The notes beneath the pieces were generated by a model. It was not told the origin of the DNA. It did no database searches and was given only the letters and a program-made list of their open reading frames with translations. A program made the position numbers and the translations under genes. From an uncultured delta proteobacterium (GTDB lineage Bacteria; Desulfobacterota; Desulfobacteria; Desulfobacterales; JAFDCJ01), in NCBI GenBank assembly GCA_963769935.1, contig CAVYNY010000016.1, positions 96,001 through 160,000 of the forward strand: a stretch of 64,000 nt of DNA, read 5' to 3'. This document shows, piece by piece, positions 30,756 through 41,396 of this stretch (position 1 is the first letter of the stretch; each line of letters starts with the position of its first letter).

Positions 30756-32972
30756 TTAGCCTCCGATAATCGAGTCCATATCCAATGCCGGATGCTTTTT
30801 CTCCTGGAGGAAAGGCAGAATTTCCTCCTCGGTGACACCCACGGTTTCATCAGCAATCCGATCAATCAGATCCGGAATCCCGAGCTCTGCGCCCCGTTTG
30901 AGGAGCCGCTCTTTGATTTCTTCTTTGAGGCTCTTGGGCATCCAGACCATCCGGGCCAGCCCGCCGTCACCGACAATGAACTTGCGCTGGGTGATGTTGA
31001 ACTTGGAATGGCCCACAAAACCCGGCGAAGAAGCGCCGCCGCCCATGACACCGGCCAGGGTGGTAAACTTCATGCCGCAGGGGGTCTCGCCGGCGTAATC
31101 CCGGTTGACCGTCATCACCCCGTTGCAGGAGGGCAGCATGGCGGCGATACACTCGCAGCAACCGCAGGTGGTCATGGGATCGATCACCATGGAATAGAAA
31201 TTATAGTGGCTGACCGCTCCGCGGGATGCCTTGTAAACAAATTCGTTGACCCCTTTCCACTGACCCAGCACCGGATCCAGGCATTCGCCTTTTTCAATCG
31301 GCTGGTTGGGTCCGGTGGGGTTGATTTCAAATGAAGCCTTGCAGTCCATCCAGTTGTAGGCGCCGCACAATCCGGTACGCTCCGGGCTGACGGTGCACAC
31401 GTGGTTGGGGGCAAAGGATTGGCACAGGGTGCAGGAGTAGTAGGTTTCCACATCCTCATCCGTCATCTTTTCGACCCGCTCATCACGCATCTTGTACTCG
31501 CCCCGAGCCCGCTTGGTGAGCTCATCGACGTCTTTCTTTTCGGTGTAAAGCGTCACCTGGACCTTATCGACGATCTTTTGAAAATCCTGATGGAATTTCG
31601 CGTGCAGCACCACGCCGATGTCTTTGAGGGTGAAGCCTTTTTCGATGGCGGCCTTGCTGATCCGGACCCAGGAGATATCCCGCTGTCCGATGTGCATGAT
31701 GCCCTGGATGTAGTTGATGAGGTGATGGATCTGGCGCTCGATGATGGGCTCAAAATCCGTCTGGAACTCCCGGCCGGCGATCTGGACGTAGATGCCCAGC
31801 GGAAACGTTCCGCCCTCTTTGACTTTCCCAATATCGGGACCGACGATGTTGACCTTGCCGTCTTCGATCTCACTCATCTCGGCCATCTTGACCAGCTCGG
31901 TGCACTGGGTCTTGCCGCCGCCCGTCTGAGCGTAGAGATCGGCGCCCCGGACCCGCTCGCCTTCGTAGGCCGGGCCGAATGAACAGGGGATCTCGATTTC
32001 GGATACGGTCACTTTAAGCCCCCGCACCTCGACCGATCGCTGGACGATTTCACTAAGCGGTACGTTGGCCACAACATGCTCGTAGGTGCAGATACCGGTG
32101 GGCAGCACCTCGGGGATGTCGGTGTCGGCCAGCGTCGGAAAGCCCCAGTTGATACAGCCCGCGGCAGCCCCGGCCCAATCGGTGCCGACCTCGCCCAAGG
32201 CATTGACAAAGGCGAAGATGCGGTTTTTGTTGTAGAGCAGCATTTTTTTGTAGTCGCCGGGCTGCACGTTGCCGAACGCCATGGCGGCTCGGTTGGCAAA
32301 ACCCAGGGCGAAAATGGCCGAGGAGATATCCGGGCCGAACGGCACGATGCGGGTATTCCAGCCGATCTGGACCCCGGCTTCGATCAATTGCTGCGTAACG
32401 GACGTGTTGTTCTGGTTGGCGGCCAGGAAGATATAAAGGCTTCGTCTCTGGTAGTCTTCCACGATGTCTTTGGCGATCTCGGGTGTCGGCGCCGCTCCCA
32501 CAATCGCGGCAAAACCCGGGGCCGTGCCGTCGACAAACTCAACCCCTCTTTTGCGAAAAACCGTGTCGTCCGCGGCCCCCAGCCAGATTTTGCCGGCCTC
32601 GATGTCGGGCTCTTCGGAATGCAGATAAAAATCCGGCTGATTCAGATACCGCAGGGCCTCGCGAATCTCAAAACAAAAGAGCGTGGCCATGCCGGCATCC
32701 AAAAGCGGTCCGAGATACGGCAGGTGGTTCATCCCCTTGATGTGCGGCGGCAGCAGCTTGCGCGCCACATCCAGGGGCTTTTTAATGTCTTCGAGGGTTT
32801 CAACCTTGATTCCCAGCAAAGAATAAATGACCGGCAGATAATAGGCCGTGTTGGGGAAGCCGACCTTGGTATCCGCATCGAAGGTGTCCAGAGCCCGTTT
32901 GTACTCTCCTTCCACCTGTGAAACGACGTTGTAGCCACCCTGAATGGCGGCAAATGCGACTAGCTTTGACAT
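30756..32972 (-). CDS. acsB: Acetyl-CoA synthase subunit of CODH/ACS
   Basis: FPNTAYYLP, YSCTLCQSFAPNHVC...PER.GLCGA, PMTTCGCCEC A-cluster ligands. Confidence 0.97.
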   Translation of the reverse strand: MSKLVAFAAIQGGYNVVSQVEGEYKRALDTFDADTKVGFPNTAYYLPVIYSLLGIKVETLEDIKKPLDVARKLLPPHIKGMNHLPYLGPLLDAGMATLFCFEIREALRYLNQPDFYLHSEEPDIEAGKIWLGAADDTVFRKRGVEFVDGTAPGFAAIVGAAPTPEIAKDIVEDYQRRSLYIFLAANQNNTSVTQQLIEAGVQIGWNTRIVPFGPDISSAIFALGFANRAAMAFGNVQPGDYKKMLLYNKNRIFAFVNALGEVGTDWAGAAAGCINWGFPTLADTDIPEVLPTGICTYEHVVANVPLSEIVQRSVEVRGLKVTVSEIEIPCSFGPAYEGERVRGADLYAQTGGGKTQCTELVKMAEMSEIEDGKVNIVGPDIGKVKEGGTFPLGIYVQIAGREFQTDFEPIIERQIHHLINYIQGIMHIGQRDISWVRISKAAIEKGFTLKDIGVVLHAKFHQDFQKIVDKVQVTLYTEKKDVDELTKRARGEYKMRDERVEKMTDEDVETYYSCTLCQSFAPNHVCTVSPERTGLCGAYNWMDCKASFEINPTGPNQPIEKGECLDPVLGQWKGVNEFVYKASRGAVSHYNFYSMVIDPMTTCGCCECIAAMLPSCNGVMTVNRDYAGETPCGMKFTTLAGVMGGGASSPGFVGHSKFNITQRKFIVGDGGLARMVWMPKSLKEEIKERLLKRGAELGIPDLIDRIADETVGVTEEEILPFLQEKKHPALDMDSIIGG

Positions 32973-33001
32973 ATGTTCCTCCTTCGTGGAGATAAATTAA
33001 T

Positions 33002-33135
33002 GATTGAATATTTTAGATTGAAGATTGAATATTTAAGGACCGCCTCAGGCGGGTCCATTTAAAAATCACTCTAAATAAAATGACGGAGCGAAGCGACAAC
33101 CATAATTCTTCAATATTCAATCTTCATTCTTCAAT
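33002..33135. repeat. Heptamer inverted repeat element between cooS and acsB
   Basis: gattgaatattttagattgaagattgaatatttaagg...ggagcgaagcgac...ttcaatattcaatcttcattcttcaat. Confidence 0.85.
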
Positions 33136-33142
33136 GTTTTTT

Positions 33143-35179
33143 TTACGCTTCGAGTGCCTGACGGCTGGCCATATCCATCAACACCCGCTCGCGGGCTTTG
33201 TCGATGCCCAGTTCTTTGCGTTTTTTGTCGATATGGGCAATCATCTTGCGGGCCATCTCGATCGGGTCGACCGCCAGATCCCACTTGCCGCCGTAGATTT
33301 TTTCCAGCTCCTCGAAGAGGTGCTTCTGAAAAACCGGGGCACCGGTCACCGGCAGCGTCACCCCGAACAGGGTGTAAACCCCGGAGGCGACAAAATAATG
33401 GCCGATGCTGATAGCTTTTTCACTCATCCATTCAGGCGCCGCTCCGGCCGCCGGCAGATCGCGAATGTCATTACCCAATCCGCCTGCTTTGACCACCTCG
33501 GTGGCCGCCAGCAGGATGCGGCTGTTGTCCACACAGGATCCCAGGTGCAATACCGGCGGAATACCCACCGTCTCGCAAACCTCGGATAGACCCGGTCCAC
33601 AGAACACCTTGGCGGATTCCGGTGTCAGCAAGCCTTCCATGGCGCAGGCGATGCCGTTGCAGCCGGTGGTCAGAACAATCACGTCATTTTTGATGAGCTC
33701 CTTGACCAGGGTGATATGGGCTTCATTGTGCCGGCTGCGGGCATTGTTGCACCCGACCACGCCGGCCACACCGCGGATACGGCCGTTGATGATGTTGTCA
33801 TTCAGGGTGAAGTAAGAACCGCGGAAGGTGCCCCCCAGATGATATTCAATCGACTCGACGCTAAACCCCGCGATCTGGGCCGCTTTCTGACGCGGAATCA
33901 TCACCTCGGCGCCACGGTTTTGGAAATTATCGATGGCCAGGGTAACAATCCGCTTGGCGTCTTCCATGGCATGATGTTCATCAAACTCGATGTGCAGCAC
34001 ATTGTCCTGCTCCATTCGGGCGATCGGATGGGTCGTGATCAGCTTGGTGTGAAAACATTTGGCCACATTGGCCAGGTTCTGGAAGATACACTGCACATCG
34101 ACCACCATGGCATCGCAGGCGCCGGTGACAATCGCCAGTTCCTGCTGCAGGAAGGTGCCGGCCGGCGGCACGCCGTGGCGCTGCAAAATCTCGTTGCCGG
34201 TGCAGCAGATCCCGCCCAGCTGAATGCCTTTGGCGCCTTTTGATCTGGCATATTCAACCATTTCTTTCGATTGGGCCGCCGCCACGATCATCTCGGAAAG
34301 CACCGGTTCATGACCGTGGATGAGAATGTTGACATGATCTTCTTTCATGATCCCCAGGTTGGCCTCCGACTGCACTGGAAACGGCGTACCGAACATCACA
34401 TCCTGCAGATCCGTCGCAATCATCGAACCGCCCCAGCCGTCGGCCAGCGCCGCCCGCGAGCACTGCTTGAGGATGTTCTTGTAGTCCTGGTCCACGCCCA
34501 TGTGGGTGCGATGCATGATTTCAACGATTTCGCGGTCGATATTGCGCGGCAGGACGCCCAGTTTTTTCCAGCGTTCATAAAGGGGCTGCGGCGCACGCTT
34601 CAGGTAGTACAGTTCGCCCTCGGGCTTGCCCCATTCCGCCAGCGCCTTTTTGGCAACTTCCAGCGCAATTTCATCCAGATCGCGGTCGACTTCCTGGCCC
34701 TCGACTTCAACCTTGACATCCACCCCGAAGTGCGGGGCAATGGCCAGAAGCTTGTTGTAATCTTTTATTTTATAGGCTTCGGTTTCTTTATTGGCGACGG
34801 ACATGAAAACCTCCGCCACCGCGCGGCCGTGGTCCGAATGCGCCGCGGCCCCGGCGGCCACCATGCGGGCAAAGTTGCGGGCCGCGATGGTGTTGGCGGT
34901 CGCACCGCAAAGTCCCTTGCGCTCGTCTTGGCCTTCAATGCCGCCTTTGGGCAGCGGCAGGCGACAGGGGCCCATGGAGCAGTTTTTACAGCAGATTCCC
35001 TGGACTCCGATATTACAGGGTTTCATAGCGACTGCCCGGTCAAAAATCGTATCTATCCCCAGAGCCTGGGCGCGCTTGATCATCTGCTGGGTGGCAACAT
35101 CAATGCTTGCAGCCACCGGATCTGCAAGCTTTTTGGACTTTTCGGTATTTAGTTCTTGCTTATCAGTTGTTCCTGCCAT
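33143..35179 (-). CDS. cooS: Anaerobic Ni-Fe carbon monoxide dehydrogenase catalytic subunit
   Basis: CCKNCSMGPC, GLCGA, AAHSDH, HGHEP, GICCTGNE, DVQC, GCNN, TTGC, GSCVDNSR, EWMSEKA. Confidence 0.97.
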   Translation of the reverse strand: MAGTTDKQELNTEKSKKLADPVAASIDVATQQMIKRAQALGIDTIFDRAVAMKPCNIGVQGICCKNCSMGPCRLPLPKGGIEGQDERKGLCGATANTIAARNFARMVAAGAAAHSDHGRAVAEVFMSVANKETEAYKIKDYNKLLAIAPHFGVDVKVEVEGQEVDRDLDEIALEVAKKALAEWGKPEGELYYLKRAPQPLYERWKKLGVLPRNIDREIVEIMHRTHMGVDQDYKNILKQCSRAALADGWGGSMIATDLQDVMFGTPFPVQSEANLGIMKEDHVNILIHGHEPVLSEMIVAAAQSKEMVEYARSKGAKGIQLGGICCTGNEILQRHGVPPAGTFLQQELAIVTGACDAMVVDVQCIFQNLANVAKCFHTKLITTHPIARMEQDNVLHIEFDEHHAMEDAKRIVTLAIDNFQNRGAEVMIPRQKAAQIAGFSVESIEYHLGGTFRGSYFTLNDNIINGRIRGVAGVVGCNNARSRHNEAHITLVKELIKNDVIVLTTGCNGIACAMEGLLTPESAKVFCGPGLSEVCETVGIPPVLHLGSCVDNSRILLAATEVVKAGGLGNDIRDLPAAGAAPEWMSEKAISIGHYFVASGVYTLFGVTLPVTGAPVFQKHLFEELEKIYGGKWDLAVDPIEMARKMIAHIDKKRKELGIDKARERVLMDMASRQALEA

Positions 35180-35253
35180 ACGAGGTTCCTCCTCATAGTT
35201 TAAGTTGAAAGCGGCATGCCGGGCATGCCTGTTTTAACATGTTAGTACGAACG

Positions 35254-36829
35254 TTAGATTCTGCGGTGTATCCAGTTCAGGTTATCGACCATCTTATCAA
35301 CCATCGACTTCTGAACGGCAGCCGGCGTCTTGGGAACTTCTTCTTCGGTCTCGGAAGCCCGCTTGGCGGCCAGGTCTTCACGTTCCTGGGCGCGTTTTTG
35401 CCGAATTGCATCAAGCTCGGCTTCAGCTTTAGCCTTGGCCTCGGTTGCCTGACGGGCCGCTGCTTCGGCTTTGGCCTTGGCTTCCGCTTCGGCTTTGGCT
35501 TTGGCTTGCGCTTCGGCTTTGACTTTAGCCTCGGCCTCCGCCTTCAGCTTGGCCTCGGCTTTGGCTGCCGCCTCCGCCTTGGCTTTGGCTTCTGCTTCGG
35601 CCTTGGCTTTTTCGTCAACGACGGCTTCGACCTTGGGCGCGGCTGCAGCCGGAGCTGCGGTCGCAGGCTCCGGGGCGGGAGCCGCTTTTTTCGCGGGCTG
35701 GGCCGGAGCTGCGGCAGGTGCCGCTTCCTTGGCGGGTGCCGCCGCAGCCGCCTTGGGTGCCGGAGCCGGCTTTTTTTCTTTTTCTACAGCGATGGTCAGA
35801 TCCGGTTCAGGCGAAAGCGACAGAAAATCAATTTCCACATCGGCCAGCTGCTTTTTAATCGCCGCCACATCGGTAGCCACTCCGCCTTCATAAACCAGGT
35901 CGATGTAAGCCTTGACCAGTCGAATAGACTCGGGATGGCGCATGATTAGAATGTCGGAGCCACCCATGAGGTATGCCACCGCACCTACCGCTTCCATGAG
36001 GATAGCGCGCTTTTCCGGGTCCCCCAGCAGCGGCGCTTCTCGATGCCGACTGCTTGGCTTCTTTGCATTTCCAGACCTCGTTGCCGAGATTGTTGATCAG
36101 CGGAAGCTGCAGCTTTTCGTCACCCTGGCCCAGCGCTGCCATCCGGATTCGTTCCATGACGGAATACGAATATTCCAATCCGTAACCCAGACCGCCGGTG
36201 GTCGGATCGATGATCATGCGATCGGTGGGCATTCCCAGGTTTTCAAGCAGAATGTTGCATTGTTTGGCAAGGTTAACGTCGATCGGCGAAGATGCAATGA
36301 CGGCGTGGCCGAAACCCATGGCGGCCGCCCCGATGCCCTTGTGGTTCTTGTCCTCCACCGGGCCGAGGATCAGGTTTTCTCCCTGACATTCTTCGGCTAT
36401 TTTTTTGAGGACTTCTTCATCCTTTTCGACATTGGCGGAGCCCCAAATGATCAGGGGTACACTCACAGCTCCCAGGACTTTTTTGACGGTTGCAACCGCC
36501 TCACTCGCCGGAGCATCGTTGCCGTTGGGGTCGATACTTTTGAGCTGCAGAACAATCATATCGGCACCGAACTCCTCCACGCACTTTTTAGCCCAGGCGG
36601 CAGGATCTGAAACGACGTCTTTGAAAGGACTGAGCGCTGCCTCCGGCCATTCATCGGGTTTCATATCCCAGATTTCCATGGCTATTTTGGGTTTATTGGG
36701 CATTGCTCCTTCAAACTGATAAAACGGATAGCATGCCTCGCCCCCGACAGTAACGGCTTTATCGCCCTTTCCCAGAGTGATTTCCTTTATACGGCCGGTA
36801 TAGGATTCTTTAAAAAATTCGAAAGCCAA
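35254..36829 (-). CDS. acsD: Corrinoid Fe-S protein small (delta) subunit with a long Ala/Lys/Glu-rich C-terminal extension; frameshift near 36041
   Basis: RBS aggagg + TTG at 36829; DP.AWAKKC, SPIDVNLAKQ, DPTTGGLGYGLEYSYSVMERIR, WKCKEA then in another frame APLLGDP...ME...MRHP. Confidence 0.92.
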
Positions 36830-36846
36830 TGTTACCTCCTTATAGC

Positions 36847-37101
36847 TTGGTGTATTTCGGTTAATGAATGCAGTGTCCGCAATCGGAACATTGCAATGAG
36901 TTAACCACCAGAGGGACTCCACCGCCGGCAGGCGCCCCTGAATTTACAACCCCCCTTTCATATTTTTATTTTATTGATCAATCTACAATCGGTAGATTTA
37001 TTCCTGGTTGAAGCGAAGCCTGCTCTACAGACCTAAAAGGCCTGTCTATCCCCATAATATGCAGAATCTTTTCATTTATATGCAGCGGGTAGCTTTGTCA
37101 A
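36847..37101 (-). promoter_or_regulatory. Long structured 5' leader and candidate promoter of the acsD-cooS-acsB-acsC-acsE operon
   Basis: Minus-strand TTGACA at 37096-37101; hairpins at 37027-37045, 36980-36998 and 36848-36910 just ahead of the SD. Confidence 0.45.
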
Positions 37102-37169
37102 GAGTTGAACCCCTATGAATCTAAATTTCTAATTAAATCAGATTCACCCACGGGAGAGGTCTACGAATA

Positions 37170-37299
37170 ATTGAAGATTGAATATTGCAGATTGAATATT
37201 TATGGTATTTTATCGTTTTTGACTTCTTTTAGATTAAGGCAGATTGAACAAAATTAAAAAGACGGAACACCTTCAATATTCAATCTTAAATCTTCAATT
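37170..37299. repeat. Heptamer inverted repeat element overlapping the acsV 3' end
   Basis: attgaagattgaatattgcagattgaatatt ... cttcaatattcaatcttaaatcttcaatt. Confidence 0.8.
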
Positions 37300-39240
37300 T
37301 CCTCCGGGTTTCCAGGCGGGATTTTAATTTGGGGAACTGGTTGATGTCCGTATGGGGTAAAAAGAGGGCGGCCACATAATTATCCATATATGAATTGGTA
37401 TCGGACAATTCAAAATTGGTCATTTTTTTAGTAACTTCCACAACATCTTTGCGGATGCGGTTGGTCAGCGAACTCATCCGGGCCCCCATGAATGATCCGT
37501 TGCCGATATATGTAACTTTATCCGGCGTCCATCTCCGGCAGCAGACCGATGGTCATGGCTTTTTCAAGATCCATATAGCTGCCGAATCCGCCGGCCAGAA
37601 TGATGTGTTCGATTTCGCCGATGCTCATCCCCACTTCGGTTAACAGGGTCATGCAGCCACTGTAAATGGCGCCTTTGGCCCGGATGAGATTCTCGATATC
37701 GATTTCCGTCAGGGTAATATCGCGGTCGATCTGGGTTTCATCCTTCCAGGCCAGCACGTACTCATAGACGCCGTTGTCTTCCCGAATGCGAGGAGTGTCC
37801 AAGTCGCGGTCGAATTTTCCCAGGTTGTTGATAATCCCCATTTCGAACATGATCGCCACCATGGTGATCAGGCCGGATCCGCAAATGCCTTTGGGCCGGA
37901 CATTGCCGATGGTGATAATCATGGGCTCCAGGGTCACCGGATCAATGGAAAAATCCTCGATCGCCCCTTTGGCGGCCCGCATGCCGAACTTGATGCCCGC
38001 CGCCTTCAAAAGCCGGACCGGCAGAACAGGCGGCACAGGCCAGCCAGTCTTTGTTGCCGATCACGATTTCGGCATTGGTGCCGATATCCAGGTAGAGGGT
38101 CAGCGTCTTCGGACCGATACATCCCCGATCCCATGACACCGGCCACAATATCGCCGCCCACATAGCTGGAAACCGCCGGATAAACCAGAGCGGTCACATG
38201 GTCGCCCAGATCCATGCCCAGATCTGCGGCTTTGATGGGCGGATACAGGGTGGCCGCCGGCACATAGGGCGCGCGCCGGATAGACCGCGGATCGACTTTC
38301 AGCATCAGCTGGGTCATGGTGGTGTTGCCGGCCAACGTGATGGTGGAAATATCCTCCGGATCAACCCCGGATCTTCTGAATGATTTTTCCCAAAACCTTG
38401 TTGATGGTTTCGATGACCACCCGTTGATTTTTGCCAGACCGCCGGGTTTTTCCGCATAGACAATCCGGGAGATCACATCCTCGCCATAGCTGATCTGCCC
38501 GTTGAATTCCCCATGCTCGGCCAGCACCTCGCCGCTGATAAGATCGATGACCTGCCCGTAAACCGTGGTGGTGCCGATATCCATGGCAATGGCATAACTT
38601 TGGGCGGTGGTATCTCCGGGCTGAACATTGATGATGCGGGTTTTGCCGACATCCCGCACCGGCCGGGCCAGGGTAGCCGTGACCTTGAAATCATCCTCCC
38701 GCATCACATCCGGTATTTTACGAATCACCGGAAAGATCAACCTCCAGACGGTGCTCATCATGTTTGAGGTTGAGATAGCTGACCAGCCGGGTGACATCCG
38801 GCAGATTGTCCTGGACCGTGGGTACGGGCAGTTCCAGATATTTTTTTTCAACCGGGGCCACAAACAGCCCCTTTTCCTTGAGCTCATCAAAATTCATCGG
38901 ACCGGATATGAGCGGTGCGCCGCGGTGAGGCCTGCAGATTCAGCACGCTGGCATCAATCGACGATTCGACCGGAATTCGCACGACCAGGTCGCTTTTAAC
39001 AGCCGCCTGACAGGCCAGCCGGTAGCCCGCGGCCAGATCTTCTGCACTCAACTTTTCTGAAATGCCGCCGTCCACGGTGCCCGCTTCAATCAGAACCCGG
39101 CATTTGCCGCAAACCCCTTCCCCGCCGCAGGAGGCATTCACATGAACGCCCGCCTCCAGCGCTGCCCGAATCAAGGTATCGCCGTCGTCGACTTCGATTT
39201 GCATATCATAGGGCAGGAATTTTACTGTGTGTTTGCTCAC
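37286..39240 (-). CDS. acsV: Reductive activator of corrinoid protein (RACo/AcsV; 2Fe-2S + ASKHA ATPase), interrupted by about 7 single-base frameshifts
   Basis: CGGEGVCGKC...RLACQ; DIGTTT; YGEDVISRI; GNTTM; YVGGDI; DIGTNAE; CSAGPAFEG; GICGSG; LAGGFG, reconstructed across frames. Confidence 0.88.
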
Positions 39241-39255
39241 TTTAAATTTCCTTTA

Positions 39256-39297
39256 ACCAATCAACCCAATTAACTCAATTAACTCAATAAACTCAAA
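39256..39297. repeat. Nonamer tandem repeat AACTCAATT
   Basis: aaccaatcaacccaattaactcaattaactcaataaactcaaa. Confidence 0.65.
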
Positions 39298-41170
39298 CCG
39301 GTTCATCAAACTTGCATTTTAAAATCAGTATATCGCCGTCAAAAAAGGTGTTCACTTTGTAAGGCAATTGTTTGAAAAGTTTGACCATGCCCCGATTTTG
39401 CGGTGAAGTGTAGGCAACCAGGCCGGAAATATCATTTTGCTTGGCCGCTGTTGCCAGCTTTTTCAGCAGGATCCCGCCGAGTCCTTTTTTTTGATAGTCT
39501 TTGCTGATGGAAAAAGCGATTTCCGCTATATTGGTTGCCGGATCGATCAAATATTCGCCGATGCCAACCACGCGGCCGAAACCGAATTCGCCGACCAGGA
39601 CCACGATGGTTAAATCTTTGATATAGTCAATCTGAGAAACCCCCTCGGCCTCTTCTTTGACAAAAGTGGTTTTTTCGTGGAAAAACCTGGCAATGACATC
39701 GTCCTTTTCCAGATTGTAGAAGTGTTCCTGAATTCTTCTCTCATCCAGCGGTTTAGCCGGCCGGACCGTCATCTGTTCCCCGTTGATTTCGATGGTTTCT
39801 TCAAGCTGGATGGGATAGACGCCATGAATGGATTCGTGCAGCGTTCGTTCAGTGCTCATAAGCCCCATTTTTTTGGCTTCAAAAAACAGCTCATCCCTGA
39901 AATCCGGATGCGCGATGCCGATAAGAGCCATGGCCCGTTCCTGAAGGCTTTTACCGAATAAGTTGACCGACCCGAATTCGGTCACCACCAGGTGAACATC
40001 GCCCCGGGCGGCTGCAACCGCCGTGTCGTCAAGCATGGGTACGATACGACTCTTGGTACCCTGCATGGCTGTGGCAGGCAGCATTAAAATGGACTTGCCG
40101 CCCGGCGACTGGACCGCGCCTCGCATAAAATCTGAAATCCCGGTAATCCCGGAAAAATGGGTTTGCGGCATGGCATCGGCCGCTACCTGTCCGGTCAGGT
40201 CAATGGTCATGGCCACACTCATTGCAACCATCTTATTATGCCGGGCAATGATGGCCGGATCACAGACATAATCAGACGGATGAAATTCAACGGCCGGATT
40301 GTCATTTAAAAATTCATAGAGGGCCTCCGAACCGATGGCGCTCTGGGCAACCATCTTGCCGTCGTTAAAGCCTTTTTTGCGGTTGGTGATCACCCCTTTG
40401 GAAAACAGGTGCATAATGTCATCGGTCATATACATGGTGTGGATGCCAAGATCATTTTTATCCGACAACGCCAGCATAACGGACTCCGAGGTGGTTCCCA
40501 AACCGATGGCAATCGTTGACCCGTCGTCAATCAGTCGTCTGGCAATCAGCCGGCCGATATCATTGGCGGCGGCCAGCTCGGGATTTTCACCGATGGTCAA
40601 CAGCGGCTCATCGTATTCCACAAAATAATCGACTTCGTTGACGTGAATAAAACTGCGCCCCAGTACGCGGGGCATATTGGAATTGACCTGGGCGATTACC
40701 AGGTCGGCGGATTGGGCCGCCGCCATGGTGATATCAACCGAAACCCCCAGGCTCATCCAGCCGAAATCATCCGGCGGTGAAACCTGGATCAGGGCAACAT
40801 GAATCGGCAGCAGGCGGCTTTTAAACAGCCGCGGAATAGCCGACATGTTGATGGGAGTGATAAAGCGCTGGTTGCGGGCGATCGCTTTAGATTTGGCGGA
40901 GCCCAGGTAAAAAGATCGGATATTGAGGCTGTGGTCTTTGGTTTTGTTCGCTATCAGCGTAAGCGGTGTGGTCTCAAGGGTCATCAACCGGTTGATTTCG
41001 ATATCTTTGAGATAGTTCGACATTTCGGACAGCTCTCGAACCAGATGCTGGGGTTCACCGCAGGAAGATCCGATAAATACGCGCTGTCCCGGCTTGATAA
41101 GGTTCAGTGCATCCCGGGCGCTGCGTCTGTTCTCAACGTAATTATCGGCCCAATAAGTTGATGTGGCCAT
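39293..41170 (-). CDS. Acetyl-CoA hydrolase/CoA-transferase-like domain fused to a C-terminal GNAT acetyltransferase
   Basis: QVSPPD..G..SLG.SVD, N.NMPR..G, DLTGQV, DF.RGA..S.GGK, VTEFG...L.GK...ERA..LI.IAHP.FR; GNAT AEIAF...YQKKGLG, N..M. Confidence 0.88.
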   Translation of the reverse strand: MATSTYWADNYVENRRSARDALNLIKPGQRVFIGSSCGEPQHLVRELSEMSNYLKDIEINRLMTLETTPLTLIANKTKDHSLNIRSFYLGSAKSKAIARNQRFITPINMSAIPRLFKSRLLPIHVALIQVSPPDDFGWMSLGVSVDITMAAAQSADLVIAQVNSNMPRVLGRSFIHVNEVDYFVEYDEPLLTIGENPELAAANDIGRLIARRLIDDGSTIAIGLGTTSESVMLALSDKNDLGIHTMYMTDDIMHLFSKGVITNRKKGFNDGKMVAQSAIGSEALYEFLNDNPAVEFHPSDYVCDPAIIARHNKMVAMSVAMTIDLTGQVAADAMPQTHFSGITGISDFMRGAVQSPGGKSILMLPATAMQGTKSRIVPMLDDTAVAAARGDVHLVVTEFGSVNLFGKSLQERAMALIGIAHPDFRDELFFEAKKMGLMSTERTLHESIHGVYPIQLEETIEINGEQMTVRPAKPLDERRIQEHFYNLEKDDVIARFFHEKTTFVKEEAEGVSQIDYIKDLTIVVLVGEFGFGRVVGIGEYLIDPATNIAEIAFSISKDYQKKGLGGILLKKLATAAKQNDISGLVAYTSPQNRGMVKLFKQLPYKVNTFFDGDILILKCKFDEPV

Positions 41171-41285
41171 TCGAGTTTCTCCAGATGCTAAGTTATTATT
41201 CTAAGCCATGAGCAGGCTTGATTGAATATTCAATTCTTCCCCTGAAACTTTGAACGGTCATTAATTAGCTCATCCAACCTCGCTT

Positions 41286-41396
41286 GGCAAGGGAAACCTG
41301 GCGGACGTGACCATGGGCACCACATCACGCCGGGTGTTGAGGCGCTGTTCCAAGCCGGTGCTGGTCGTGCGATTGCCGGAGGATCAGGAGCGTTGA
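41286..41396 (+). pseudogene. C-terminal remnant of a universal stress protein (UspA family) gene
   Basis: Translates GKGNLADVTMGTTSRRVLRRCSKPVLVVRLPEDQER*; upstream part absent, with in-frame stops just 5' of it. Confidence 0.7.

Noticed and set aside
37286..39240. Programmed frameshifting or true pseudogene for acsV
   Set aside because: Seven scattered indels with no slippery sites or motif decay fit sequencing error better; not fully excluded without reads
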